A stretch of DNA of 64,000 nt from Patescibacteria group bacterium. GTDB lineage: Bacteria; Patescibacteriota; Patescibacteriia; UBA2591; JAQUPP01. Within the stretch, counting starts at the first letter, position 1. Each line of letters starts with the position of its first letter. The notes under the pieces were generated by a model, which saw only the letters and a program-made list of their open reading frames with translations, did not search any database and had not been told where the DNA came from. The translations under genes and the position numbers were made by a program. Positions 43,322 to 53,354 of the stretch are shown piece after piece. The stretch lies in NCBI GenBank assembly GCA_028716665.1, contig JAQUPP010000001.1, positions 555,073-619,072 on the forward strand. The letters run 5' to 3'.

Positions 43322-44389
43322 TTAAGCATTACTTTTAATTTCAATTACGTCTCCGTCTTGAATAATATAATCCTTACCCTCAGTGCGAATTAGTCCCTTT
43401 TTGAGCGCTTCGCCAAATCCGCCCACATTCAATAAATCAAGCCAATTAATGACATCTGCTTTGATAAAATGCGTCTCAAAATCGCTATGAATGACTCCGC
43501 CGGCCTGCGGCGCTGTTCCTCCTTTTTTTAACGTCCAGGCGCGAGTTTCGTCAGGCCCGGTGGTTAAAAAAGTGATTAGATCAAGCAGTTTATAAGATTC
43601 TTTAACTAAATCGTTTATTTTTAAATCCGTAGGCAGGTCAAAATCTTTTCTTTCTTCCGGTTTTAAATCCGCAGCATCAAACTCGGTTAAAATATCAATA
43701 ATCAAATATGACCAATTATTTTTTTTGAAGATTTCCATTGTTGCCGAATCAATTTCCGTTTCTGTGCCGTTCAATAAAAATAATCGAGGCTTCATGGTTA
43801 ACAATTGATAATTTTGCAATATTTTTTTCTCTTCTTCTTCCCAAATTTTTTCACTCAATATCTCCCCTTTTTCCAACAAATCATACGCTTTTTTTACAAC
43901 GTCCATTTCTTTGATCGCTTCTTTTTTTCCGGCCCTAACATCTCTATTCAAAGCTTGTTTTCTTTTCTCCATAGTTTCCAAATCCTTAAGAGCCAATTCC
44001 GTGTCCAGAACTTCTTTATCTCTGACAATGTCAATATTTTGCTGGGTATTGATAATTTTTTCATTTTTAAATCCGCGCAAAACATAAACTATTGAATCAA
44101 CTTCTCTGATATTGGTTAAAAATTTATTTCCCAAACCTTCACCCTTTGACGCTCCCTTAACCAATCCGGCAATATCAACAAACTCTACGGTAGTGTAAAT
44201 TTTTTTAGCTGATTTGGTTAATTCGGCTAATTTATCCACTCTTTCATCAGGCACGGCCACGACGCCGATATTTGGATCAATGGTGCAGAAAGGATAGTTG
44301 GAATGATCCACTTGTTTTCTGGTAATCGCCTGAAATAAAGTTGATTTGCCGACATTTGGCAGTCCGACTATTCCGACTCTTAAAGACAT
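43322..44389 (-). CDS. ychF: Ribosome-binding ATPase YchF
   Basis: '[16 protein letters not shown]' G1 motif, '[14 protein letters not shown]' and a C-terminal TGS domain. 355 aa. Confidence 0.9.
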   Translation of the reverse strand: MSLRVGIVGLPNVGKSTLFQAITRKQVDHSNYPFCTIDPNIGVVAVPDERVDKLAELTKSAKKIYTTVEFVDIAGLVKGASKGEGLGNKFLTNIREVDSIVYVLRGFKNEKIINTQQNIDIVRDKEVLDTELALKDLETMEKRKQALNRDVRAGKKEAIKEMDVVKKAYDLLEKGEILSEKIWEEEEKKILQNYQLLTMKPRLFLLNGTETEIDSATMEIFKKNNWSYLIIDILTEFDAADLKPEERKDFDLPTDLKINDLVKESYKLLDLITFLTTGPDETRAWTLKKGGTAPQAGGVIHSDFETHFIKADVINWLDLLNVGGFGEALKKGLIRTEGKDYIIQDGDVIEIKSNA

Positions 44390-44461
44390 ATTAAAATTAA
44401 ATTATAATTAATGATATGATTATAGCAAATAATTCATTATAAAGCAATTAAACAAAAAGAA

Positions 44462-44494
44462 AAAAGGGAGAAAATATAAATTCTCCCTTTTTAG
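44462..44494. terminator. Bidirectional terminator
   Basis: 'aaagggagaaaatataaattctcccttttt' with T-run. Confidence 0.7.
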
Positions 44495-44498
44495 TTTT

Positions 44499-44924
44499 TT
44501 AAAATTCATTTTTTTCGTTTTTCGGCTTAACAACCATTATAATAGCGATTGTTGGACTATATGTACTTTCAACATATCCTGCTTCTGTTGCTATGGGTGC
44601 CATACTAAGTATTTGATACTTCGTGGCGACTTCTTTAATGCCCTTTTTCCAATTTTCAATACTCACGTCCCATTCAGATGTCAAGCGCAGAATAATTATA
44701 TTTTCATCTATTTTTTCTATAGTATACGGATTAACAACCGCAATTTCTTGCGCCGTATTGAAGGTTTTGTTTTCATTGGAATTTGAGCATCCGGAAAAAA
44801 TTCCGGCAATAAAAAATATACAAATTATCCCTGCAATAATGATTGCATAAGTCATTATTGTGTTTCGCCTCCATCTTTCTTTGACTGTCATTTCTTTCCC
44901 CCTTTTTATTTTTTTGTTAAACAA
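44499..44924 (-). CDS. Hypothetical lipoprotein-like protein
   Basis: TM/signal segment then 'FSGCSNS' lipobox-like. The start is uncertain (several in-frame Met). Confidence 0.4.
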   Translation of the reverse strand: MFNKKIKRGKEMTVKERWRRNTIMTYAIIIAGIICIFFIAGIFSGCSNSNENKTFNTAQEIAVVNPYTIEKIDENIIILRLTSEWDVSIENWKKGIKEVATKYQILSMAPIATEAGYVESTYSPTIAIIMVVKPKNEKNEF

Positions 44925-44961
44925 CTTCTATATGTTTTAATAATAGCAAATTTTTGATTTT

Positions 44962-45037
44962 TGTCAACCTCGCACCTTTCGGCGATGGTATTTTTCAAAT
45001 GCGGAGCATATCGCCGAAAGGTGCGGGGTCAAGGTTG
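44962..45037. repeat. Large GC-rich palindrome: perfect 16 bp arms CGCACCTTTCGGCGAT / ATCGCCGAAAGGTGCG with a 23 nt spacer, extended by imperfect outer arms (tgtcaacct / aggttg)
   Basis: Read directly from the sequence. It is an unusually GC-rich structure for this genome, lying between two same-strand genes. Confidence 0.6.
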
Positions 45038-46054
45038 TTATAATTGTGATTTGAATAATTCTTGAACAAAATTAAAAATTTCCGGATGGCCTTGATTTTT
45101 CAACCAGTACCACCACTCCACTCCCCAAAGATAATATTCACTGAAACCGGTACGGCGGGCATAAATTACCACATTTTTCATATAATCCAAGTTGACGATT
45201 TTAAGTTGTTCGTCAAGAGACATTGTCAGAAGCGATCCGCTGGGAGTCCATGGTTCGGCTTGCAATTCCGCGACAATGATTTTTTTTACGCCGGTTAAAA
45301 GTTTTACTATCTCGCCTTTCAAATAATAAGAAGCTTCGGGAAAAGGATAATAAAAATATTTTACGTATTTATTCCAAACCACCCGATACATCGTAATGCC
45401 TAAAGCATCTCCATAATGTCCTCCGCCCAGCCAAGTGGAAAGTTCTCCGCTCTCGGTAACAATAATCGGTCGATTATCAAGAGATTTTACCAAAGCCAAT
45501 TCTTGTCTGAAAAAATCGCGATCAATCGGCGGGCAAATGCCAAAAGTCCTTAAAAAGGGTTCATTTTCAACTTGCCAAGCCGAAATTTGAGGATCTGATT
45601 TATAGCGATTAACTGTCTCTTTGATTAAATTTGAAATTTGTTCTTGTCGTTCTTGCTCGCTTAAATCAGTCGCCCAATTTGGAGTATGGCATTCTGGCCA
45701 ACCCGGTAAACGCCAGCCAATGGCTAAAATAATTTTTGCCTGATGATTTCCGGCTTCATCAACCATCCAATCAAGGTCGGAAAAATTATAAACATCTTTT
45801 TTCGGCATTATATCAGGCCAATAAGCGCCCAGTCGTAAATATTTTACTTGTAACTCATCAAGAATAGATGAATAAGTATTGTGCCAATCAAGTCCTAAAT
45901 ATTCCGCCCTGCCTATGGAAAAAGTTACGCCGAATTTACCTTCAGGCATTTGGCTGATTCTCTTATCGCAAATTTTGATTGCTAAAAAAACAGCTATTAC
46001 TAAAACAGCGATTATCAAAATAATAAATAATATTTTTCTTTTAATGGATGACAT
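45038..46054 (-). CDS. Clan GH-A glycoside hydrolase (GH5-like), membrane-anchored
   Basis: N-terminal TM segment. 'AWQVENEP' (acid/base NEP) and 'IIVTESG' (nucleophile) are the characteristic GH-A motifs. Confidence 0.55.
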   Translation of the reverse strand: MSSIKRKILFIILIIAVLVIAVFLAIKICDKRISQMPEGKFGVTFSIGRAEYLGLDWHNTYSSILDELQVKYLRLGAYWPDIMPKKDVYNFSDLDWMVDEAGNHQAKIILAIGWRLPGWPECHTPNWATDLSEQERQEQISNLIKETVNRYKSDPQISAWQVENEPFLRTFGICPPIDRDFFRQELALVKSLDNRPIIVTESGELSTWLGGGHYGDALGITMYRVVWNKYVKYFYYPFPEASYYLKGEIVKLLTGVKKIIVAELQAEPWTPSGSLLTMSLDEQLKIVNLDYMKNVVIYARRTGFSEYYLWGVEWWYWLKNQGHPEIFNFVQELFKSQL

Positions 46055-46055
46055 T

Positions 46056-46964
46056 TTAGAAATTAATCAGGAAAATACCCGCTCCGATCAATAAAATGGC
46101 GATAATTTTTTGAATAATCACCGATTTATTGACTTCTTCAACTAGAATGCGCGGATATCTGACCAAAAATAAGCTGATTAAAAATATAAACGCGTATTGA
46201 ACGCCTTGCATGGCATTCACCAACGCGACACTGGCCATGGAAATAGCCCAATTAATAAGAATAAAATTTGTTCCGCCCATCAATTGATTTGAAAGAAAAA
46301 GTATTGATGTCAATTTCCCGCTCTTGGCAGGATTTTTTTCTTTTGATTTTTTAAAGACAGACTTGGCGACTGAAGGAATAAATAATAAGAATAAAGCAAA
46401 AATCACTCCGCCAAATCGAGACCAAATAAATCCGCTGATAAACGGCTGATGGAGATAAATATATTTTGTCAAAATATAAAATATTGAAAAAATTAAACTT
46501 GCCAAAATAGCAAGTAAAAATTTACAATCAAATTTTTCTCGTTTCTTGGTCAAACGAAGACTGATCAAAATACTGCCTGCCAATAATAATAGAAATGCGG
46601 ATGTAAATTTCGGGGTTAAAGTTTCGCCCAAAAATATCGTGCTTAAAATTAAAACAAAAACAGCGCTGAAACTGCCGACTACCGGCACTACTCTTGATGC
46701 TTCATTCACTTTTAATGCCTGATAAAAAACCCAACAGGCCAAAATATAAATACCACCGGTTAAAAAATCAATCAGCAGTCCATTCATCCCCGGAAAACTT
46801 AATCCGCCAAACGGAATTAGAACCACGCCGATTACACCCAACATGCCGACATAAAAAGCGTATAATGCCGGTTTGTCTATTCGACCGCTGCCCAGCAGAT
46901 ATTTGTCAAATAAAAAAACTATGGCATTAAGAAATTGAGCGATCAAAACGATAATTAACCACAT
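46056..46964 (-). CDS. EamA/DMT-superfamily transporter-like membrane protein
   Basis: Ten TM segments in two halves. 1 nt gap to the hydrolase gene. Confidence 0.45.
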   Translation of the reverse strand: MWLIIVLIAQFLNAIVFLFDKYLLGSGRIDKPALYAFYVGMLGVIGVVLIPFGGLSFPGMNGLLIDFLTGGIYILACWVFYQALKVNEASRVVPVVGSFSAVFVLILSTIFLGETLTPKFTSAFLLLLAGSILISLRLTKKREKFDCKFLLAILASLIFSIFYILTKYIYLHQPFISGFIWSRFGGVIFALFLLFIPSVAKSVFKKSKEKNPAKSGKLTSILFLSNQLMGGTNFILINWAISMASVALVNAMQGVQYAFIFLISLFLVRYPRILVEEVNKSVIIQKIIAILLIGAGIFLINF

Positions 46965-47026
46965 ACCAAATTTTTTAAAATTTTTAAGTTATTTATAACG
47001 CGAAAAATTTTACTAAAAATTTGAGT

Positions 47027-47064
47027 ACCCGCCCAAGTTTTTCTTTGAAAAATCTGGGCGGGTG
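47027..47064 (-). terminator. Probable terminator for the gene at 47119..48435
   Basis: 'acccgcccaag tttttctttgaaaaat ctgggcgggt'. Confidence 0.5.
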
Positions 47065-47118
47065 AAAGTTTTGTTGCTAAATTTTGTTCGTCTTACAGAC
47101 TCCAAAATTCAGACAAAA

Positions 47119-48435
47119 CTATTTCATTTCTTCTCCGTTAAGCACTTTTTCTATATTAAAAACTCCAAGATTTCTGGCTTCAACAAAACCGTGCATAGCC
47201 GCGTCCGCCAAAGAACCTGTTTTTAAAAAGTCAAAAAGCCATTCATTGGTGTATTTTGGGTCATTTTGAATAATAGCGGCGTGATGTTGAATAAGCCAAT
47301 CGCGATTAAAATTTTCTTGCGAACCGACCGAAGGGGCAATGATAATCGGCAAACCAAGTCCGGAATAAAAGGACAATTCACTTGGCTTAGTCCATAAAAT
47401 ATCCGTTACTCTCAAGGCGGCATTAAATTTTTCAAAGTATTCTTTCATGTTTTTTGCGTAAATAATTTCGATCCCGCTCCTAGCGGGATCATTTTCAAAA
47501 TCTAAATTTTTTAATTCTCCGATAAAGAAATTTTTAACCCAATTTTTAATGCCCGCGACCAAAATAATTTTAATTTCTTCTCTGTTGATTTTTTCTTTTA
47601 AACTTTTAACCACGTTAATGGCTATTTCTTTCTGAGCGCCGGCACCGCCGACAGCGAACATCAGAGTTAAAGGATGTTCTGATTTTTCCGGACAATTATC
47701 CAAATATTGACTGATTAATGTTTCATAACGTTGGTGATAAAGGCCTTTTGGATCAAGATTATCAATTCTTTGACAAAGGTCTGATTTTAAAATTTCCATT
47801 TTTTCCGAACCGATATTTTCATTCGGCAAAGGATAACCGGTTAAAAATATATTTTCTTTTCTGACTCCGTAAAGCTGCAATCGGCTGGCTACCCGGCTGG
47901 TAGGCGCGAAATATTTAATTTTGCTTCTTCGAGGATTGAAAGGAGCCCAAGCTCTGGCGATATCGGCGTCACAAACCACGCAATAAATGTCTCCCGGATA
48001 ATCATAAAATTCCGCCATGTAAGCCGGAACAAAAAAAGTGGTAATAATGGGAATCGGATTTTGTTTTAATTTTTCAATTAAATGTTTTCCCCATCCCTTT
48101 TTAATCGTACCGAGAGTTTGTTTGAGAAATAAATTCGGCTGTGAAAGATTTCTTCTGGGATAAAAATCGGCGATTTTTTGAAATTGGTCAAAAATAAAAA
48201 AACATAAATCGCCTATTAAAGGGACTCTTTTAAAACCGGAAATAAATTCATAAAATTTTCTGCTTGCCTCCCAAACATTTTTATCGGAATTGGGAATTCC
48301 CGGATAATTATTGGCGCTGATCACTTGTCCATCAGGCGCAAGATGTTTCAAGGGATTGGCCGTTCTTTGATGTCCGTAACCCATACTGACATCAATAATC
48401 CAAGCTTGTGTGTATTGTTTTTTAAAAGTATTCAT
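47119..48435 (-). CDS. Hypothetical protein, possibly GT-B fold glycosyltransferase (MurG/MGDG-synthase-like)
   Basis: The N-terminal 'IIDVSMGYGHQRTANPL' resembles the G-rich loop of GT28/MGDG synthases. Weak call. Confidence 0.3.
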   Translation of the reverse strand: MNTFKKQYTQAWIIDVSMGYGHQRTANPLKHLAPDGQVISANNYPGIPNSDKNVWEASRKFYEFISGFKRVPLIGDLCFFIFDQFQKIADFYPRRNLSQPNLFLKQTLGTIKKGWGKHLIEKLKQNPIPIITTFFVPAYMAEFYDYPGDIYCVVCDADIARAWAPFNPRRSKIKYFAPTSRVASRLQLYGVRKENIFLTGYPLPNENIGSEKMEILKSDLCQRIDNLDPKGLYHQRYETLISQYLDNCPEKSEHPLTLMFAVGGAGAQKEIAINVVKSLKEKINREEIKIILVAGIKNWVKNFFIGELKNLDFENDPARSGIEIIYAKNMKEYFEKFNAALRVTDILWTKPSELSFYSGLGLPIIIAPSVGSQENFNRDWLIQHHAAIIQNDPKYTNEWLFDFLKTGSLADAAMHGFVEARNLGVFNIEKVLNGEEMK

Positions 48436-48639
48436 ATTATTTAATTCCCCATTTTTTCAGAGAAAATAATATTATTGTTAAAATTATTATAGATGACAAT
48501 ACTGTTAATATAACATACCAGGGAACTTTCATATAAAACATAAAATTAATCATTATGCTGATTGTACTGATAATTGGCACTAAATATTTTTCCATATTTT
48601 TTTTGTTAAATTGTTTAAAATATAAAAAATGTATTTTTA

Positions 48640-50352
48640 TTATTCTTTTAACATCATTCTGGCTATTCTTAATTCTGTATATGAATATGCCCCATTGAAT
48701 TTTTTAAAAACAGGCAGAAGTGAATTGGTATCAAGTTCGTAAAATGCGGCATAAATTTCAGCAAGAGCGCAAGAAAGAGAAGGCGTGACAAGACGAGACA
48801 GATCTGCTGTATTAATCTTATCACTTAAAACAAGTTTTTCAATATGGCTCAGAATTGTTTCTTCCTTTACTCCGCGCGTTTTGGCAATTTGCGAAATAGT
48901 TTGTCCTTGATTCCATAAGACGAGAGTTTTATCGCGCGTATTGCCATTTTTTTTATTTTTACCGTATGTGTATAAATTTTTCTTTTTGCCGGATTTTGGC
49001 TCTCCTCCGCAAACAGTGATGAAATTTTGATATATTTTTTCAAGTTCAGCGGGTGGAATTTTGGCAAATTCTTTTTCAATCTGTTCTGATAATGACCGGA
49101 ATAATTCATCTTTAACAAGAATTTCCGGATGCACTTGAAAAGCGCGTTCATTCCAACCGAGCAAATAAAGTCCGGAAAGTTTTCTTACCCGAGAAAGCGC
49201 GACATAGCCTTGTCCAAATTCAAAAACATCAGAAAGATCCATAACTGCTTCGTCCAAAGTCATTCCCTGGCTTTTGTGCACGGTAATCGCCCAAGCAAGA
49301 CGAAGCGGTATTTGCGTAATTCGGCCGCGCACGCTGCCATTTTCATCTATTGTCCAATCCATTGGTTCAACCTTAATTTTCATTCCGTTTCTCGTTTTAA
49401 CGATCGGATTGCCGATTTGGTTGAATTCTTCAATAAGGCCGAGCGTGCCGTTTACAAATCCTTTGTTGGGATTATTTTTTGTAAACATTACCGTTGCGCC
49501 GATTTTTAAATAAAGCGTTTCCGGCGAAAGACAGCCTTTTTTAAGAGAAGCGGTAAAAATATCATGGCCCTGCGAAATCATATTAAAAACTTTTGATTCG
49601 CCTTTAATATTAGCCAACATTTCATTATTGATGCGATCTACTTCAATATTGTGCGTAAAAAGTTTGGGTATATTGTTCGGCGCCAGATGATATTCAATTT
49701 TTCGCGCTTCAAGATGGCATAAATGATTATTTTTAAATGAGTTGCGCCTGATTGAAGAAAGTATGGAAAGAAAATTATCGTCTTCCTGGCGAAATTGTTC
49801 ATCAAGATAACAAACGGCTAAATTTGCTCTTTCCCATGACGGAGAATCATAAGCGAAATGAGCGGATGATTTTCCAAGCAGAGAAGTTTGGGAATTATTT
49901 TCATTTTTTATTTTAATAATCGGCGGGAGCTGGAAAAAATCGCCGACAAAAATCACTATTATGCCGCCGAACGGTTCGGAATTTTGCTTGACTTCGCGGC
50001 AAACCAAATCAATCATGGTAATCGTTTCGGGCGGAAGCATTGATACTTCATCAATAATAAGAACTTTGGTTTGATTAATGCGTTTTTCAATATATTTGGT
50101 TGAAGCGATTTTATCCAAATCATGCCTGTCCAATTTGGTTTTAATTCCAATTCCGCACCAGGAATGAATTGTCATGCCGCCGATATGCGTTGCGGCAATG
50201 CCAGTGGATGCGGTAATCGCCGGTTCAATGCCATTTTCGCGCAAATACGCCACATATTTATTTACCAAATATGTTTTTCCTGATCCGGGTTCGCCGGTCA
50301 AATACACGTTTGCCCCGGCCTTAAGTATTGAAAACGCTTGAGCTTGATTCAT
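48640..50352 (-). CDS. PIF1/RecD-family SF1 DNA helicase with C-terminal helix-turn-helix extension
   Basis: 'LTGEPGSGKTYL' Walker A, 'LIIDEVSM' Walker B, 'ITVHKSQGMTLD', and a C-terminal 'TISQIAKTRGVKEETILSHIEKL' HTH-like segment. Confidence 0.7.
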   Translation of the reverse strand: MNQAQAFSILKAGANVYLTGEPGSGKTYLVNKYVAYLRENGIEPAITASTGIAATHIGGMTIHSWCGIGIKTKLDRHDLDKIASTKYIEKRINQTKVLIIDEVSMLPPETITMIDLVCREVKQNSEPFGGIIVIFVGDFFQLPPIIKIKNENNSQTSLLGKSSAHFAYDSPSWERANLAVCYLDEQFRQEDDNFLSILSSIRRNSFKNNHLCHLEARKIEYHLAPNNIPKLFTHNIEVDRINNEMLANIKGESKVFNMISQGHDIFTASLKKGCLSPETLYLKIGATVMFTKNNPNKGFVNGTLGLIEEFNQIGNPIVKTRNGMKIKVEPMDWTIDENGSVRGRITQIPLRLAWAITVHKSQGMTLDEAVMDLSDVFEFGQGYVALSRVRKLSGLYLLGWNERAFQVHPEILVKDELFRSLSEQIEKEFAKIPPAELEKIYQNFITVCGGEPKSGKKKNLYTYGKNKKNGNTRDKTLVLWNQGQTISQIAKTRGVKEETILSHIEKLVLSDKINTADLSRLVTPSLSCALAEIYAAFYELDTNSLLPVFKKFNGAYSYTELRIARMMLKE

Positions 50353-50353
50353 T

Positions 50354-51307
50354 TTATTTTAATTTAGCTTTATACAATTCCGGGTCAATTGTTCTTGTAA
50401 AACAAGTTTTTCCCGTTTCGTGATCCCAATTTTGTTGAAGAGAACCAAATTGATTTAATGCAGGAGAAGATCTTAATTTGGCAGGAGAAATTGATTTGGG
50501 ATTTTTACTTGAAGCGTTAAATGTGGCGCATAATTCAAAAGAAAGAGGACCAGTCACATTATATTCGTATGAAACAACGGTTTCCGGATCTTGAGGAACG
50601 ATAAATCCGGAAATACTGTCTTCCAGCTCGCCAAGATTTTGCGGTAATTTTTCTTTTTGCGTCCAATAATTGACAATTCTTTCTTGAATTTCCTGAAGAT
50701 TGCTGACTCTTTGCTCGTCAAGTCGTCTGTCTCTTTGGATAGCCGGTGTTCCAAGAATAAAAAATCCCCAAATAATACTGATCAAAACAACGCCGGAAAT
50801 AACCCAAGCAAGTATTTTTGGCAACTTGGAAGTTTCCGGATCTTTTCTTTTTAAATCCCAAATGTAATAACCGAAAACGGCCACCGCGACCAAAAGCACG
50901 GTTAAAATTTTCAAAAAGAATTGAATGGTTAATTCGCCGCTTAAAAAATTATTGATAAAAACAATAAGATCTATAATAATAGTTAAGGCGGAAATAAAAA
51001 GGGTGAAATAAAGCAGCCATTTTCTCAATTTCATTTCTCTTTTTTCAGGGTTGTTTTTGAGGTCTTTTCCCAGCATCCAAGAAGTTAATATAAAGACTGG
51101 AATGGATATTATCAATATTGAAGTGGAACTTTGAATCGCTCTTGTTATGCCGTTATAATAAAAACTGAGAGCGTCGGGGAAAATAACGCTGATATATTCG
51201 GTTATAAGCAGAATGAAATTCACAATGCTTAAATAAAAAATAATGATGTTAAAAAGATGCAAGAAAACATCTTTTGGCGTGTTATAAGCGGTGTTTGTTT
51301 TTTCCAT
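50354..51307 (-). CDS. Hypothetical polytopic membrane protein
   Basis: Five or six TM segments then a soluble C-terminal domain. 2 nt gap to the helicase gene. Confidence 0.4.
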   Translation of the reverse strand: MEKTNTAYNTPKDVFLHLFNIIIFYLSIVNFILLITEYISVIFPDALSFYYNGITRAIQSSTSILIISIPVFILTSWMLGKDLKNNPEKREMKLRKWLLYFTLFISALTIIIDLIVFINNFLSGELTIQFFLKILTVLLVAVAVFGYYIWDLKRKDPETSKLPKILAWVISGVVLISIIWGFFILGTPAIQRDRRLDEQRVSNLQEIQERIVNYWTQKEKLPQNLGELEDSISGFIVPQDPETVVSYEYNVTGPLSFELCATFNASSKNPKSISPAKLRSSPALNQFGSLQQNWDHETGKTCFTRTIDPELYKAKLK

Positions 51308-51319
51308 AATTTTATTTTT

Positions 51320-52303
51320 TTAATGTTTTAAAATAGTGATTTTAATTAATTTATTTTTAACTGCAAGGCTCGCTGTTCCGCCAATAGGAAAAGTAATAAT
51401 CGGACTGGTGTGGCCAAAATCAACATTGGCAACAATCGGTATTTTGAAGAGTTGAGGACGAATTTTAATCAACCGTTGCATTTTAGCCAAAGTCATATCG
51501 CTTTCATTCTGAAAACGGCCAAAAATAATACCGCGAATATTTTTTATCCCGAACATTTGAAGGAGTGATTCAAAATCACGATCAAAATGAACATAGTCTG
51601 ATTCGCTGTCATCTTCAATAAAAAGAATAACATTTTTTTTCAAAGGAAAATAAGATGTTCCCTGCAATAAATTCAAAGTGCATAAATTGCCGCCGATTAT
51701 TGTTCCTTCGGCTTCGCCATTGGAAATATTCCAATAACCGCTATTTTCTATCAATACGCGCTTGTCTTGATCAAGATACCACGCGTCATCTGTCCATTTT
51801 GGCGATGGTTTAAGGATAATTGATTGATTATCCATGAGACATTTTTTAAAACAATCCAACGTATAATCAAAGTGTAATTTTTGACCAAAAGTGGAATAGG
51901 CCGGACCGTAATAAGTGACAAGACCGGTTTTTGTCAAAATAGCATTTTGCAGGGCGGTAGTGTCGGAAAAACCGATAAAAATTTTTGGATTTTTCTTAAT
52001 CAAATTCCAATCAAGATAAGGTAAAAGTTGATTGCAATTGAATCCTCCGATTACCGTGAAAATTCCTTTTACATTTTTATCGGCAAAGGCTTTGTGCAAA
52101 TCTTCAACGCGCGATTTGATGGACGAAGAAATAAATTCATCTTTTTCTTCAACGTTTTTGCTGAAACTGAGACTCAAACCAAGCTCTTTAAATTTTTGAT
52201 TGGCAATATCGCGAACGCCCTGTGAAATCAAACCGAGCGATGATGATGGGGCGACAATTCTGATCGTATCCCCTATTTTAAGTTTATTCGGAACAATATT
52301 CAT
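51320..52303 (-). CDS. ldcA: LD-carboxypeptidase (peptidase S66)
   Basis: 'IRIVAPSSS' and 'GFSDTTAL' (catalytic Ser context) with a C-terminal His/Glu domain. Confidence 0.8.
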   Translation of the reverse strand: MNIVPNKLKIGDTIRIVAPSSSLGLISQGVRDIANQKFKELGLSLSFSKNVEEKDEFISSSIKSRVEDLHKAFADKNVKGIFTVIGGFNCNQLLPYLDWNLIKKNPKIFIGFSDTTALQNAILTKTGLVTYYGPAYSTFGQKLHFDYTLDCFKKCLMDNQSIILKPSPKWTDDAWYLDQDKRVLIENSGYWNISNGEAEGTIIGGNLCTLNLLQGTSYFPLKKNVILFIEDDSESDYVHFDRDFESLLQMFGIKNIRGIIFGRFQNESDMTLAKMQRLIKIRPQLFKIPIVANVDFGHTSPIITFPIGGTASLAVKNKLIKITILKH

Positions 52304-52442
52304 AAATTAACTTTATAGTATGATAAATCTACTTTTAGTATATCAAAAATATCACAAAAAGAAAAGAGGAAAGAACCCACTTCTATCCCCTTTTAACGCT
52401 TATTTTTAAAATCAATCATTTTTCCGTCCTTAAAAAATAAAT

Positions 52443-52691
52443 TTAATTATCTTTAATTAATGCTATTTTTTTATTTCTATCCCAACTTTTTATTTCGGCT
52501 TCACGTTTTCTTGCCTCTTTCAAATTTTCGTAAGTTTCCGAATATTTTAAGATTACCGGACGTCGCAATTTTGTATAATGAGCGCCGCACTTGGAATTAT
52601 TATGCTGTTTTAAGCGTTTTTCAAGATTATTGGTTGAACCAGAATATAAGGATTTATCAGCGCATTCAAGGATGTAAACATAGTATTTCAT
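52443..52691 (-). CDS. GIY-YIG nuclease superfamily small protein (UPF0213/YhbQ-like)
   Basis: 'YYVYILECADKSLYSGSTNNLEKRLKQHN' ... 'ENLKEARKREAEIKSW'. Confidence 0.8.
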   Translation of the reverse strand: MKYYVYILECADKSLYSGSTNNLEKRLKQHNNSKCGAHYTKLRRPVILKYSETYENLKEARKREAEIKSWDRNKKIALIKDN

Positions 52692-53323
52692 TCAGATATT
52701 GTTACTGTTTCCATTATGACAGGAGAAAGCGGACGATCATTTGAATCTTTTTTCACTTTGGCAATTGCGTCAACCACTTCTTGTCCGGAAATCACTTTCC
52801 CGAAAATAGTGTATTGGTTTGGTAAAGGATAATCGGCAACCATAATAAAAAATTGACTGCCATTGGTGTCAGGTCCGGCATTGGCCATGGCGACCACGCC
52901 TTTTTTATAACCTTGTTTATAGGAATCGGTTTGAGGATCAAGCTCATCGGCAAATTGATATCCCGGTCCGCCCATTCCTGTTCCGTCAGGATCCCCTCCT
53001 TGAATCATAAATCCGTCTATAACCCGATGAAAAATAACTTTGTCATAAAATCCTTTTTTGGCAAGAGTAAGAAAATTACTAACCGCTCTTGGCGCATCGG
53101 CATCATAAGTGGCGAAACGAATTTCGCCCATATTTGTTTTAATGGTTACAATGTGGTTCATATTTTTTATTTTAGAATTATTAGTTTGATTAGAAGAGTC
53201 TATTTTAATGTTATCAACTTTTTTATTTTGAGAATCATTTTTGGCCGGCGCTTTAAAAAACGAGACACTGAAAATCATCGCCGCGGCCACTATGATAATC
53301 AGTATAATATAAATTTTCTTCAT
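52688..53323 (-). CDS. ppiB: Cyclophilin-type peptidyl-prolyl cis-trans isomerase, secreted
   Basis: Signal peptide, then 'FHRVIDGFMIQGGDP', 'GGPGYQFADE' and 'MANAGPDTNGSQFFI'. Confidence 0.85.
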   Translation of the reverse strand: MKKIYIILIIIVAAAMIFSVSFFKAPAKNDSQNKKVDNIKIDSSNQTNNSKIKNMNHIVTIKTNMGEIRFATYDADAPRAVSNFLTLAKKGFYDKVIFHRVIDGFMIQGGDPDGTGMGGPGYQFADELDPQTDSYKQGYKKGVVAMANAGPDTNGSQFFIMVADYPLPNQYTIFGKVISGQEVVDAIAKVKKDSNDRPLSPVIMETVTISE

Positions 53324-53354
53324 AAATTATAAATTAAAATTTTATTAAATTAAT

